Positions 16,973-25,672 are shown, numbered from the stretch's first letter. The stretch: 40,000 nucleotides of DNA from Vibrio porteresiae DSM 19223 (GCF_024347055.1 NZ_AP024895.1:3405607-3445606), one strand, 5' to 3'. Notes: a model not told the origin generated them from the letters alone. Translations and numbers: made by a program.

Positions 16973-17344
16973 ATGGAGTGTGTCTTAAAATCGCCTAAGA
17001 TTAGGTTGGCTGTGACATTATTTCTCACGATTGTGATAGGAGTTTTTTCTAGCTTATTTGCTACAGAAATAACACCAAATGGGATTGTTGAATGGAATAG
17101 AACATTTAAGACGTATTCTTTTTGGATATTGATAATATTAAGTATCATTTGGTTATGGATACATATTAATTTGATGGAGTATGATAATAGTATATTGGCT
17201 TTTTCTGATGATGAATATTGTAAGGCTTACATGAGAAAAGCTCAGCTTGAAGCATATGTATTAAATATTAAAGAAAATCCCAAAGAAGTAAATACTATGG
17301 AGTTGAATGAATTTAAATCAAAGTTGGAAGGATATAAAAAATGA
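16973..17344 (+). CDS. Two-TM membrane protein with a C-terminal amphipathic helix (123 aa), first gene of the AT-rich operon
   Basis: AGGAG lies about 12 nt upstream. The TM helices are 'LAVTLFLTIVIGVFSSLFA' and 'YSFWILIILSIIWLWIHI'. The stop overlaps the next start (ATGA at 17341-17344). Confidence 0.6.
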   Translation: MECVLKSPKIRLAVTLFLTIVIGVFSSLFATEITPNGIVEWNRTFKTYSFWILIILSIIWLWIHINLMEYDNSILAFSDDEYCKAYMRKAQLEAYVLNIKENPKEVNTMELNEFKSKLEGYKK

Positions 17345-17607
17345 GTGTTTTGGTTTCCAGTAAATTTGCCGATGAGTTACGTGGTTATAAACTAGATTCG
17401 CAAGTTTCTGAAATTTTCAGTTTATTAGAAAACATGGATTATAATAGTCCTTCGCAAATGCATAACGTAAAGATTATAGACGGTGAAAAACAGTCAATAT
17501 ATGTTTTAAAACATAAAAACTGGAGGGTTTTCTTTACTAAACAAGAAAATGACATTGTATTATTAAGCATCACAGATAGTAAAGTGATAAGACATTTCAA
17601 TGGATAA
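17341..17607 (+). CDS. Small RelE/ParE-fold-like protein (88 aa)
   Basis: 'IYVLKHKNWRVFFTKQENDIVLLSITD' resembles the RelE/ParE core pattern (l)YrlRvGdyRviY.i.d..i.il.i. It is preceded by a helical segment. It is translationally coupled to the upstream membrane protein rather than to a soluble antitoxin. Confidence 0.45.
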   Translation: MSVLVSSKFADELRGYKLDSQVSEIFSLLENMDYNSPSQMHNVKIIDGEKQSIYVLKHKNWRVFFTKQENDIVLLSITDSKVIRHFNG

Positions 17608-17713
17608 ATATAGTATTCTTGGTTTTAAGTTACTTAATTATTGCAATGTTGGTATTTATGCACCATTGAATTATACGTGATAGGGAACATCCTTGAATGG
17701 AGTAGCATTGAAT

Positions 17714-18127
17714 ATGGAAAATAAAAAAGTAAAATGGCTGATTTACACTGTTCTAGTGGGGCTGATTCCTATCCTATCAAGGATATTTGTCTGGAGTGTC
17801 ACTGAGGTTGGGGTAGTCAGTTTAATAATGCCAGCAGACTTTATTGCTTTTGGTTTAATTTTACATATTTCTAATATCAATGAAATTGAACATCTAACAG
17901 ATGATGAAAAATCGTGGAAAACTATTCAAAATGGAACCTCTATAGCCTTCATTGCTTTTTATAGCGTTTTATTTTCATTGATAATGATAAGTGAGAGTAT
18001 TCCAAACTTGATAGACATGGGAGCAATCAAATTTTGCACTATAGGTTTATCTGTGGTCTCTTTTTTAATTAGTTTTTCTGTATTCCATAGAATTTCGAAA
18101 ATTGCAGCTAATGAGGTAACAGTATAA
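17714..18127 (+). CDS. Four-TM membrane protein (about 138 aa)
   Basis: The helices are 'WLIYTVLVGLIPILSRIFVW', 'VVSLIMPADFIAFGLILHI', 'SIAFIAFYSVLFSLIMI' and 'FCTIGLSVVSFLISFSVF'. The ATG at 17714 has GGAG 11 nt upstream; the track starts at a TTG at 17693. Confidence 0.6.
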   Translation: MENKKVKWLIYTVLVGLIPILSRIFVWSVTEVGVVSLIMPADFIAFGLILHISNINEIEHLTDDEKSWKTIQNGTSIAFIAFYSVLFSLIMISESIPNLIDMGAIKFCTIGLSVVSFLISFSVFHRISKIAANEVTV

Positions 18128-18258
18128 TGGTTACTACAATTATAATTGCATTAACTTTGGTTATGGTCTTTGTTGGTATTTCCACTGTTGTCTGGTCAAT
18201 AATTAATACAAGAAATAAATTTTACGAAGAATACAAGGCAAGGAATAAAAATAAATGA
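18127..18258 (+). CDS. 43-aa single-TM peptide
   Basis: The ORF is below the track threshold, so I translated it myself: MVTTIIIALTLVMVFVGISTVVWSIINTRNKFYEEYKARNKNK. Its start overlaps the upstream stop (TAATG). Its stop overlaps the downstream start (ATGA at 18255-18258). This double coupling argues that it is translated. Confidence 0.5.
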   Translation: MVTTIIIALTLVMVFVGISTVVWSIINTRNKFYEEYKARNKNK

Positions 18259-19196
18259 TAAAGAATTTTATATACTTAGACGAAGATAAAATGTATTCAT
18301 TATCATCTCAAATATTTGAAGGGATAACTGAATATGTTTTAAATGAAAGCTCTTCAGATAATCAAGAAAGTGAGACTCAAAAAGGCCCAGTAGGAAGTGG
18401 TAAGGTTTTAGCTGATGTAATTATTTCAAGTAGTAAGGCAACTGAGAAAAAGTTTTTTCATGACTACTCATTTACATTATTTGAAAATCATCTAATGGAG
18501 CAAGGCCGGGTTTTAGATCTAACAAGTGCAACACTTTCTTTAGAAGATCTTAAAGCATCCATTACTGACTTTTCTTTTATAAAAACAAAAGCTAAGTCAA
18601 CATTTAATGATGTGAATAAAATAACTGAGTTATTTTCCGAGTTTAATACGATTGGTGAAGCACTAGCACATATGGGAGCATTTTCCCGAATTAACGAACT
18701 AACTTCCGAGCTTGCATTGTTGAAGAAGCAAACACCAGATAGGAATAAAAGATCCCAACTCGAAGCTGAGTATAAGAAACTAACTAACCTCAAAGAATTA
18801 GCTAAAGCTGGCAGCCTTTATCAAGATCAAAAGTTTTTAGATAACTTAAGTTTATTAACTAAATATGGTTTTTCGGATCAATTTGAAATAACGCAACCTA
18901 TCGGCGAGGCACTTTTTACTTCATGTTTAAAACGTGATTTTCTGAGGGAGAGTGAGGATATATTAGTTAAAAAATATTCTCGAAAAACTGAAAAGAAAGT
19001 TGTTATCTTCGGAATAATATCTCAAGCATTTTCAGGTAATGAAATGGAATTAGATGAAAAAGGTAAAGATTATTCAAACATGAAGGCTGCACTGTTAAAC
19101 CTTGTCGATCATTTAACTAACATTGAACATTCTATTTCCGGAAAGCAAGAAAATGAAGTCGTCATTGATCCCATAGCCGTCTACTTTGAAGTGTAA
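18255..19196 (+). CDS. 313-aa soluble protein of unknown function, last gene of the AT-rich operon
   Basis: It is a long ORF in about 30% GC DNA with no TM segment. The N-terminus is 'MIKNFIYLDEDKMYSLSSQIFEGI' and the middle is coiled-coil-like ('LTSELALLKKQTPDRNKRSQLEAEYKKLTNLKELAK'). I recognise no catalytic motif. Confidence 0.7.
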   Translation: MIKNFIYLDEDKMYSLSSQIFEGITEYVLNESSSDNQESETQKGPVGSGKVLADVIISSSKATEKKFFHDYSFTLFENHLMEQGRVLDLTSATLSLEDLKASITDFSFIKTKAKSTFNDVNKITELFSEFNTIGEALAHMGAFSRINELTSELALLKKQTPDRNKRSQLEAEYKKLTNLKELAKAGSLYQDQKFLDNLSLLTKYGFSDQFEITQPIGEALFTSCLKRDFLRESEDILVKKYSRKTEKKVVIFGIISQAFSGNEMELDEKGKDYSNMKAALLNLVDHLTNIEHSISGKQENEVVIDPIAVYFEV

Positions 19197-19267
19197 TGCC
19201 TATAACAACCGATCAATGTATCAGCATACTTTTCCTAACCTGACAGAAACTCTTTAATGCGATTGTT

Positions 19268-19291
19268 CTAAACGGTTTCTGTCCATTTCCG
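19268..19291 (+). repeat. Cassette-boundary repeat, copy C (core only)
   Basis: 'ctaaacggtttctgtccatttccg' shares the core AAACG(n)GTTTCTGTCCAyTTyCG with copy B. Confidence 0.55.
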
Positions 19292-19379
19292 AGTTAAATT
19301 ATGGATTTTCTGCCTGTGATCACCAAGCGATTCTGTCGTACCTTGGCCGTGGTTAATTGTGTTTTGTTTAAGTGAAAAT

Positions 19380-19417
19380 AGTACATATGAATAGTATACA
19401 TACTATTCATATGTACT
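19380..19417. repeat. 38-bp perfect palindrome about 55 bp inside the island right end
   Basis: AGTACATATGAATAGTAT-AC-ATACTATTCATATGTACT has 18-bp arms that are exact reverse complements. Confidence 0.9.
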
Positions 19418-19453
19418 GTTTAATTAGTTGATTAGGTATATTTAGTATGTTTT

Positions 19454-19618
19454 TTATACTTCTAAAGCCATATCTGCATTTTCAGAGCGATCTCCTAGAC
19501 TGGCCGCCCAAGTCACTATTTTGGTGACTTCAGGACGCTGCTCATTCCACAGGTAATCGTGTTCTTCTTTGAGTTTATTGTAGCCCTCACGGGTGATCAG
19601 TTTGGTTTTCACTGACAT
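19454..19618 (-). pseudogene. greB: 5' fragment of the disrupted resident greB (codons 1-49 fused to 5 island-derived codons)
   Basis: The minus strand reads MSVKTKLITREGYNKLKEEHDYLWNEQRPEVTKIVTWAASLGDRSENAD, then MALEV* read from island DNA. The sub-threshold ORF was translated by me. Confidence 0.9.
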
Positions 19619-19680
19619 CTCTCACTGCTCACTGGAAATATAGAGCGACGTTATCGCTTTTAGTCTCAATTTTCTAGTGG

Positions 19681-20775
19681 TTAGGTCAGGCATAACTCTT
19701 CAAAACGTGGGCTGCACACCACTTGGTTACGGCCACCGTGTTTGGCGCAGTAAAGGTTATTGTCAGCAATATCGAGCCGCTGAACAAAGGAGCTTCCCTC
19801 TTCACTGTAACAGATACCAATACTGGTCGTGATTTGGCTGCCTTCATGACAAGTCAAACGACTGATAGCACGTCGCAAACGTTCGGCAAGCTGCCATACC
19901 TGCGCTGGACGAGCATCGAGGGTAACCACCAAAAATTCTTCGCCACCCCAGCGCCCCACGACATCATGGTCAGCCGTCAGCGATTTTAACGTGTGGGCAA
20001 AGTCCACCAGCACTTGGTCACCCGCTGAATGTCCATATTGATCATTAATCCGTTTAAAGTGGTCAATATCAAGCATCAAAATAGCGTAACGGCTCGAATC
20101 GATACTCTTTTCGTCATGCACATCACGCATTGCGCGCTCAATACCTCTTCTATTCAATAGGTTAGTCAGTGGGTCAACCTGAATATAGTACTCTAGTGCG
20201 ACAGCACGCGCCTGATGGCTATTGTTATCAACCCTTAATTTCAACGCCGTCCCTAGCAGCACAACATAGGCAAGATGGGCAATGCCAATATTCATCACCA
20301 CCCCCATCGTGTCCTCTAAAGAATAATGAGAACGCAAAGCGATAAAGTGCCCCACGATGGTCAACACAAAAACCACTATGGTAGTGGGCACCGCTTTTTT
20401 CACTTCTAAGAACAGATAGGCAATGACGTAGTTAAGGCCAAGCCACTGAGCCGCATTAGAAAACAGCCCATTAACACCGAGATGATGCCAAATACTGGTA
20501 CTGATAAGATAAGAAGAAACAACGACATAAGCCATAAAGTGCAATGACTGAGGGTTAAACCACTGGGTATAGGTCAGCAGATAAATCACACCGAAGAGCA
20601 CTATGCAGATAGGATAAGCCCACGCATCAAAATGAACGATAATGCCGCTGGTTTCATCCACTGTCCAAATAGCCGCAAAACAAAATATCGCAAACATCAA
20701 GAGTCGTCTGAACAGCACTGGAGAAAGTGGTGAATAAGTCGTAATAGGCGAATCCAGATTTTCCATAGAGAGCAT
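19681..20775 (-). CDS. Membrane-anchored diguanylate cyclase (GGDEF domain)
   Basis: The N-terminal half is multi-TM. The C-terminal half contains 'LDIDHFKRINDQYGHSAGDQVL' and the active-site 'RWGGEEFLVV'. Confidence 0.85.
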   Translation of the reverse strand: MLSMENLDSPITTYSPLSPVLFRRLLMFAIFCFAAIWTVDETSGIIVHFDAWAYPICIVLFGVIYLLTYTQWFNPQSLHFMAYVVVSSYLISTSIWHHLGVNGLFSNAAQWLGLNYVIAYLFLEVKKAVPTTIVVFVLTIVGHFIALRSHYSLEDTMGVVMNIGIAHLAYVVLLGTALKLRVDNNSHQARAVALEYYIQVDPLTNLLNRRGIERAMRDVHDEKSIDSSRYAILMLDIDHFKRINDQYGHSAGDQVLVDFAHTLKSLTADHDVVGRWGGEEFLVVTLDARPAQVWQLAERLRRAISRLTCHEGSQITTSIGICYSEEGSSFVQRLDIADNNLYCAKHGGRNQVVCSPRFEELCLT

Positions 20776-21070
20776 CTCTGGTTAAAAAAGTAGCAATCAC
20801 ATTTCTAGGCGGCGCATTATACTGATATTCACGATGAATAACTCCGAACTTGTTGAAATAACACTCACTTTTGTTTTGGTGTCTCATAAATACGGCGCAG
20901 CTATTCATTGTTGAGACAAATACAACCCCACTGAATGTAAAAGCTTTGCAAGAGGTGATAAATCTGAGTTATTCAACACAAATTCCCCCTCAATCCCTTT
21001 TTAACCCTAGAAAAACAGGCTAAAAAGCCCCATACATACAACTTGAATTCCCTATCAAAGAGTTACACGG

Positions 21071-23392
21071 ATGAGCCAAGCTATCTGTAAATTGATTGCT
21101 CAAGAGCTACAAGTTCGCCCTGAGCAAGTTATTGCTGCTGTACAACTGATCGACGACGGCAACACGGTTCCTTTCATTGCTCGTTATCGTAAAGAGGTAA
21201 CGGGTGGCCTAGACGACACCCAATTGCGTACTTTGGACAGCCGTCTTTCCTATCTAAGAGAGCTCGATGATCGTCGCCAAACCATTCTTAAATCCATCTC
21301 AGACCAAGGTAAGTTAACCCCTGAGCTGGAAAAAGAGATTCTAGAAACCGACAGCAAAACCCGTCTAGAAGATCTCTATTTACCTTATAAACCTAAACGT
21401 CGCACCAAAGGCCAAATAGCCATTGAAGCGGGGTTGGAACCATTAGCCGACACGTTGTGGAATAATCCACAAACCGATCCTGAGCAAGAAGCGGCTAAGT
21501 TCTTTAATACTGAGCACAATATTCTAGATACCAAGGCAGCTCTCGATGGCGCGCGCGCTATCATCATGGAGCGCATTGCTGAAGATGCAAACCTTCTGGA
21601 AACCCTACGCCAATATCTCACCCGTAATGCTGAGCTGGTTTCAAAAGTGATTCCCGGTAAAGAACAAGAAGGCGAGAAATTCAAAGATTACTTTGAGCAA
21701 CGTGAGCAAATCGCCAAAGTACCCTCTCACCGTGCTTTAGCGATGCTACGTGGCCGTAATGAAGGCTTCTTAACCCTCACAATGAATGCCGATCCCGGTC
21801 AAGAAGAGTCGAGCCGCGAGTCATACTGTGAAAGCTTAATTGCCCAGCACTACAATATTCATCTCAACAACGCTCCCGCTGATAGCTGGCGCAAACAGAC
21901 CATCAGTTGGGCATGGCGCATTAAAGTCGCTATGCACATGGAAACTGAACTAATGAGCGCAATGAAAGAACGCGCCGAGATCGAAGCCATTGATGTGTTT
22001 GCCACCAACCTAAAAGATCTTTTGATGGCAGCACCTGCTGGTCCGAAAGCCACGCTGGGGCTTGACCCAGGTCTGCGTACGGGTTGTAAGGTCGCAGTGG
22101 TTGATGCCACTGGTAAAGTGCTGGCGACCGACACCATTTACCCTCATGCACCACACAAGAAATATGACCAAGCGATGCAATCTGTAGCGAAATTGATCAA
22201 ACAGTTTGATGTGGATTTGATTGCCATTGGTAATGGTACAGCTTCTCGCGAAACCGATGCCTTTGCGGCTGACCTTATCAAGCGTGCTGGTCTGAAAATT
22301 CAGAAAGTCACCGTGAGTGAAGCAGGCGCTTCCGTTTACTCCGCTTCCGAGTTGGCTGCGAAAGAATTTCCTAATATGGATGTGTCGCTGCGTGGCGCAG
22401 TTTCGATTGCTCGTCGTCTGCAAGACCCTCTAGCTGAGCTGGTAAAAATTGATCCTAAATCGATTGGAGTGGGCCAATACCAACACGATGTAAGTCAATC
22501 TTTGCTCTCTAAACGCCTTGATGCGGTCGTGGAAGACTGTGTAAACGCCGTGGGTGTTGACTTAAATACCGCCTCTCCAGCGCTATTAACACGCGTTGCG
22601 GGGCTTTCTACTACTCTGGCGCAAAACATTGTCGATTACCGCGATGAAAATGGTCGCTTCCAATCTCGTGCAGAATTGAAAAAAGTGGCACGTTTGGGGC
22701 CAAAAGCATTTGAACAGTGTGCTGGTTTCCTACGCATTATGGACGGTAAAAACCCGCTTGATGCCTCCGCAGTTCACCCTGAAGCTTATCCAGTAGTGAA
22801 GAACATTGCCGAGAAGAACCACAAAGAGCTACAAACTCTGATTGGTAATAGCGATTTTCTGCGCCAATTACGCGCTGTTGATTACACCGATGAGCACTTT
22901 GGTGTGCCAACCGTGACAGACATCATCAAAGAGTTGGACAAACCGGGTCGTGACCCTCGCCCAGAGTTCAAAACCGCCACGTTCGCTGATGGCGTGACTG
23001 AGATGAAAGACCTCGAAGTGGGAATGATCTTGGAAGGTGTGGTTTCAAACGTGGCAAACTTTGGTGCCTTTGTCGATATCGGCGTTCACCAAGATGGTCT
23101 AGTGCATATTTCAGCTCTGACCGATCGCTTCATCTCTGACCCACGTGAAGTGGTCAAAGCGGGCGATATCGTCAAAGTAAAAGTGATGGAAGTGGATGTG
23201 CAGCGTAAACGTATTGGCCTATCCATGCGCCTAACCGATGAGCCGGGACAAGATAATCGAGCATCAAGTCAAACTCGCTCAACAGCGCCTAAATCATCTG
23301 AGCAGCGTCAGAATAAACGCCACGACAACCATAGCGACAATGGTGCAATGAGCGGTGCTTTCGCCGCTGCCTTTGCTAAAGCCAAGCGCTAA
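21071..23392 (+). CDS. tex: Transcription accessory protein Tex (S1 RNA-binding domain protein)
   Basis: It is 773 aa. '[17 protein letters not shown]' is the Tex N-terminal signature, the middle is YqgF/HhH-like, and the C-terminal S1 domain reads '[31 protein letters not shown]'. Confidence 0.9.
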   Translation: MSQAICKLIAQELQVRPEQVIAAVQLIDDGNTVPFIARYRKEVTGGLDDTQLRTLDSRLSYLRELDDRRQTILKSISDQGKLTPELEKEILETDSKTRLEDLYLPYKPKRRTKGQIAIEAGLEPLADTLWNNPQTDPEQEAAKFFNTEHNILDTKAALDGARAIIMERIAEDANLLETLRQYLTRNAELVSKVIPGKEQEGEKFKDYFEQREQIAKVPSHRALAMLRGRNEGFLTLTMNADPGQEESSRESYCESLIAQHYNIHLNNAPADSWRKQTISWAWRIKVAMHMETELMSAMKERAEIEAIDVFATNLKDLLMAAPAGPKATLGLDPGLRTGCKVAVVDATGKVLATDTIYPHAPHKKYDQAMQSVAKLIKQFDVDLIAIGNGTASRETDAFAADLIKRAGLKIQKVTVSEAGASVYSASELAAKEFPNMDVSLRGAVSIARRLQDPLAELVKIDPKSIGVGQYQHDVSQSLLSKRLDAVVEDCVNAVGVDLNTASPALLTRVAGLSTTLAQNIVDYRDENGRFQSRAELKKVARLGPKAFEQCAGFLRIMDGKNPLDASAVHPEAYPVVKNIAEKNHKELQTLIGNSDFLRQLRAVDYTDEHFGVPTVTDIIKELDKPGRDPRPEFKTATFADGVTEMKDLEVGMILEGVVSNVANFGAFVDIGVHQDGLVHISALTDRFISDPREVVKAGDIVKVKVMEVDVQRKRIGLSMRLTDEPGQDNRASSQTRSTAPKSSEQRQNKRHDNHSDNGAMSGAFAAAFAKAKR

Positions 23393-23436
23393 CCGTTCAA
23401 GTTTAGATAAAGCAAACCAATTGCTCGATAAAAAAA

Positions 23437-23465
23437 GCCCCACGCATCGACGTGGGGTTTTGTTT
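23437..23465. terminator. Bidirectional rho-independent terminator between tex and the convergent gene
   Basis: The stem is CCCCACG-catcga-CGTGGGG, with AAAAAAA upstream and TTTTGTT downstream. Confidence 0.7.
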
Positions 23466-23503
23466 GCTAATCTAAGAAAAGAGCGTGGCAGATACCCTTT
23501 TCA

Positions 23504-23974
23504 CTACAAGACAGCAATCACTTCTGATGGCGTATTCGGTGCCACAGCATGACCGTAATGGAATTTAATCACGGTTCGCCTTCGAGCCATTTTGCCTTCA
23601 GTAATCACCGCATCAATGATCCGTCTTGGCAAACGAAACCGCATCGCATAGCCCTTACCCTGGCTTTCACTGTAAGAAGAGAGGGCCAACAGACCAAACA
23701 ATCTATCCAGTTCACTCTTTGGTTCCTCGTGATGAGAAGCCAGAGTCTCAGACTCTTCAGCTGTTTCATAACTCGGATGCTCCGAAGGATCCCAAGATGG
23801 ACGTCGTCTACGTTTCTCATCCTCTTTTATCTTACGTTCAGCGTTGGCTTTTGCTAACTCTTCAGGAGGCAATACAGGCTCTCTGACCCGATTATCTCTT
23901 GCCACCTGCTCCGTCTGCACATTCACTGATGGGGCGATAAGTGGCACGTTGACATTGGTCGGTGACACAATCAT
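23504..23974 (-). CDS. Conserved hypothetical protein (156 aa) with a highly charged middle region
   Basis: A strong GAGGAGG lies 7 nt upstream of the ATG. The overlapping plus-strand ORFs look like shadows. I recognise no motif. Confidence 0.6.
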   Translation of the reverse strand: MIVSPTNVNVPLIAPSVNVQTEQVARDNRVREPVLPPEELAKANAERKIKEDEKRRRRPSWDPSEHPSYETAEESETLASHHEEPKSELDRLFGLLALSSYSESQGKGYAMRFRLPRRIIDAVITEGKMARRRTVIKFHYGHAVAPNTPSEVIAVL

Positions 23975-24110
23975 AGCTGATACCTCCTCAGCATCGCCCT
24001 ACTCTTCGGAGTCACCTCCTATTGAGTTAGTTTATATATCGACCAATGAATAAAAAAGATGAGTCATTAGAAGGAAATAATTTAGGCGTTCTTAATACTG
24101 ATTATGTGTA

Positions 24111-24881
24111 TTAATACTGATGCACAAAGTCGATCAGACGATCGCAGAATGGCTCCAGTTCTGTCATAAAAGGCGCATGAGAAGAGTGCATGAATACCGT
24201 TTTATGACTGCGCGGATAGAGCACATCCAACTCGTCAGCCACTTTAACCGGCACTAACCCATCTAAGCGACCATACATACGAAGGAACGGTTGTTTAACC
24301 TGTTTTAAGGGTTCACGAACATCAACATCAGCAAGAATCTTTAGTCCAGCTAGCAAAGCTTCTTGATTAGGCTCAGGCCTGGTCAGTACCGATTTTTTCA
24401 ACAGTTTCACATCTTGACGTGCTGACGGGCTGCCCATCGCTTGCAAAGCCATAAAACGATCCACCGTGCCATGAAAATCTTGCATCAGTTGCTCGGTAAA
24501 GTTATCGAGTACTTGGGGCTGAATACCTCGCCAAGGACGCTCGGCGGCAAATTTAGGAGAAGAAGCGACCGTTACTAACTGGCTCACATAGTCAGGGTGA
24601 TGAATAGCAATATGAGAAGCAACTAAACCACCTAATGACCAACCAACCCACACGGCATTTTTGGGGGCTTGCTGCAAAACCGCTAACGCTATGCTCTCCA
24701 AATCAAAAGCCGGTGCGTTGGCACTCAAACCATACCCAGGTAAATCCACCACGTGCACGCGAACATAACGACTTAATACTTCTGCAGTTTGTTGCCATAC
24801 AGCACCGTTCATTCCCCAACCATGCAGCAATACTACATCCTGTCCTGTCCCTGACACCTGCCAGTACAACTCTGTGCTCAT
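24111..24881 (-). CDS. bioH: Pimeloyl-ACP methyl ester carboxylesterase BioH
   Basis: 'VVLLHGWGMNGAVWQ' and the nucleophile elbow 'GWSLGGLVA' match the BioH alpha/beta hydrolase. The gene is divergent from comF, as in enterobacterial and Vibrio synteny. Confidence 0.85.
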   Translation of the reverse strand: MSTELYWQVSGTGQDVVLLHGWGMNGAVWQQTAEVLSRYVRVHVVDLPGYGLSANAPAFDLESIALAVLQQAPKNAVWVGWSLGGLVASHIAIHHPDYVSQLVTVASSPKFAAERPWRGIQPQVLDNFTEQLMQDFHGTVDRFMALQAMGSPSARQDVKLLKKSVLTRPEPNQEALLAGLKILADVDVREPLKQVKQPFLRMYGRLDGLVPVKVADELDVLYPRSHKTVFMHSSHAPFMTELEPFCDRLIDFVHQY

Positions 24882-24964
24882 TCGCAAATTCTCCTACTTT
24901 TTTCCACCTCATCCAGCTCACAAGATACGCATAATCGAGGCATTTCTGTTGACTGGTCACCGCT

Positions 24965-25672
24965 ATGGTATCGAATTGGCTACAAAAAACCATCCGCTCA
25001 CTCTCTCCCGCGCAGTGCCATTTGTGCCGCTTGCCTTTAGCTGCCACCGATCAACACTACTTTTGCCAAGCATGCTTAATGCAATTCCCTGTGATTCCTC
25101 GTTGCAAACGGTGTGGGCTGGTGACCACAAAACCGGTAGAACAATGCGGCCGCTGCCTGAAAAAGCCGCCTATCTGGCACTCATTATCCTGCATTGGTGA
25201 TTATCACTACCCATTAAGCCAGCTTACTCACCAATTCAAATATCAGCGCGCGTTTTGGTTAGCGCCACCACTTTCTCAATTACTCACGCAACACATTGGT
25301 GAACCTGCCCCCGTGATTACTGCGGTACCACTCCATTGGCGTCGTTATCTTTGGCGCGGTTTTAATCAGAGCGATCTACTTGCTCGACAATTGAGTCAAC
25401 AGATGAATTGTGAATATTGGCCTTTTCTATTTCACCGCACACGAGCCACACCACATCAACAAGGACTGTCGCGCCATCAAAGGCTCACCAACTTAAAAGG
25501 GGCTTTCTATCTGCATTCTCTCCCTTATCCGGTTGAGCATGTTGCTATTGTTGATGATGTCGTGACCACAGGCAGCACAGTGAAACAATTGTGTCGCTTA
25601 TTACTTGATGTTGGCGTGCAAAGAGTGGATATTTACTGCCTATGTCGCACTCCTGAACCAACCGATTCTTGA
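24965..25672 (+). CDS. comF: ComF/GntX-family competence protein (phosphoribosyltransferase-like)
   Basis: The N-terminus has paired Cys motifs 'CHLCRL...CQACL...CKRCGL...CGRC'. The C-terminus has the PRTase loop '[14 protein letters not shown]'. Confidence 0.8.
   Translation: MVSNWLQKTIRSLSPAQCHLCRLPLAATDQHYFCQACLMQFPVIPRCKRCGLVTTKPVEQCGRCLKKPPIWHSLSCIGDYHYPLSQLTHQFKYQRAFWLAPPLSQLLTQHIGEPAPVITAVPLHWRRYLWRGFNQSDLLARQLSQQMNCEYWPFLFHRTRATPHQQGLSRHQRLTNLKGAFYLHSLPYPVEHVAIVDDVVTTGSTVKQLCRLLLDVGVQRVDIYCLCRTPEPTDS

Larger units (their letters stand above)
2210..19471 (+). mobile_element. 17,262-bp site-specific genomic island inserted in greB (Tn554-like / recombinase-trio type) carrying defence-like cargo
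   Basis: Joining 2209 to 19472 restores a collinear greB ORF (...SENAD|YQYNKR...). The block is visibly AT-rich compared with the flanks. A tyrosine-recombinase operon sits at the left end. No phage structural or conjugation genes are present. I found no target-site duplication and no clear terminal inverted repeats. Confidence 0.85.

Noticed and set aside
10521-19291. Boundary repeats as integron attC sites or Vibrio superintegron repeats
   Set aside because: There is no IntI-type integrase gene or attI nearby. I do not see the RYYYAAC/GTTRRRY core pairs, and the repeats do not resemble the ~120-bp Vibrio VCR structure. I kept them as a distinct repeat class instead.
2210-19471. Island as a prophage, ICE or integrative plasmid
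   Set aside because: I can recognise no capsid, tail, terminase, replication, relaxase or type IV secretion genes. Mobility genes are limited to the recombinase operon.
21385-22423. Several minus-strand ORFs inside tex, and plus-strand or minus-strand ORFs inside the eps genes, ompR, bioH/comF and 23549..24053
   Set aside because: These are antisense or out-of-frame shadows within well-supported conserved genes. They have Arg/Ser/Leu-rich compositions and no independent support.
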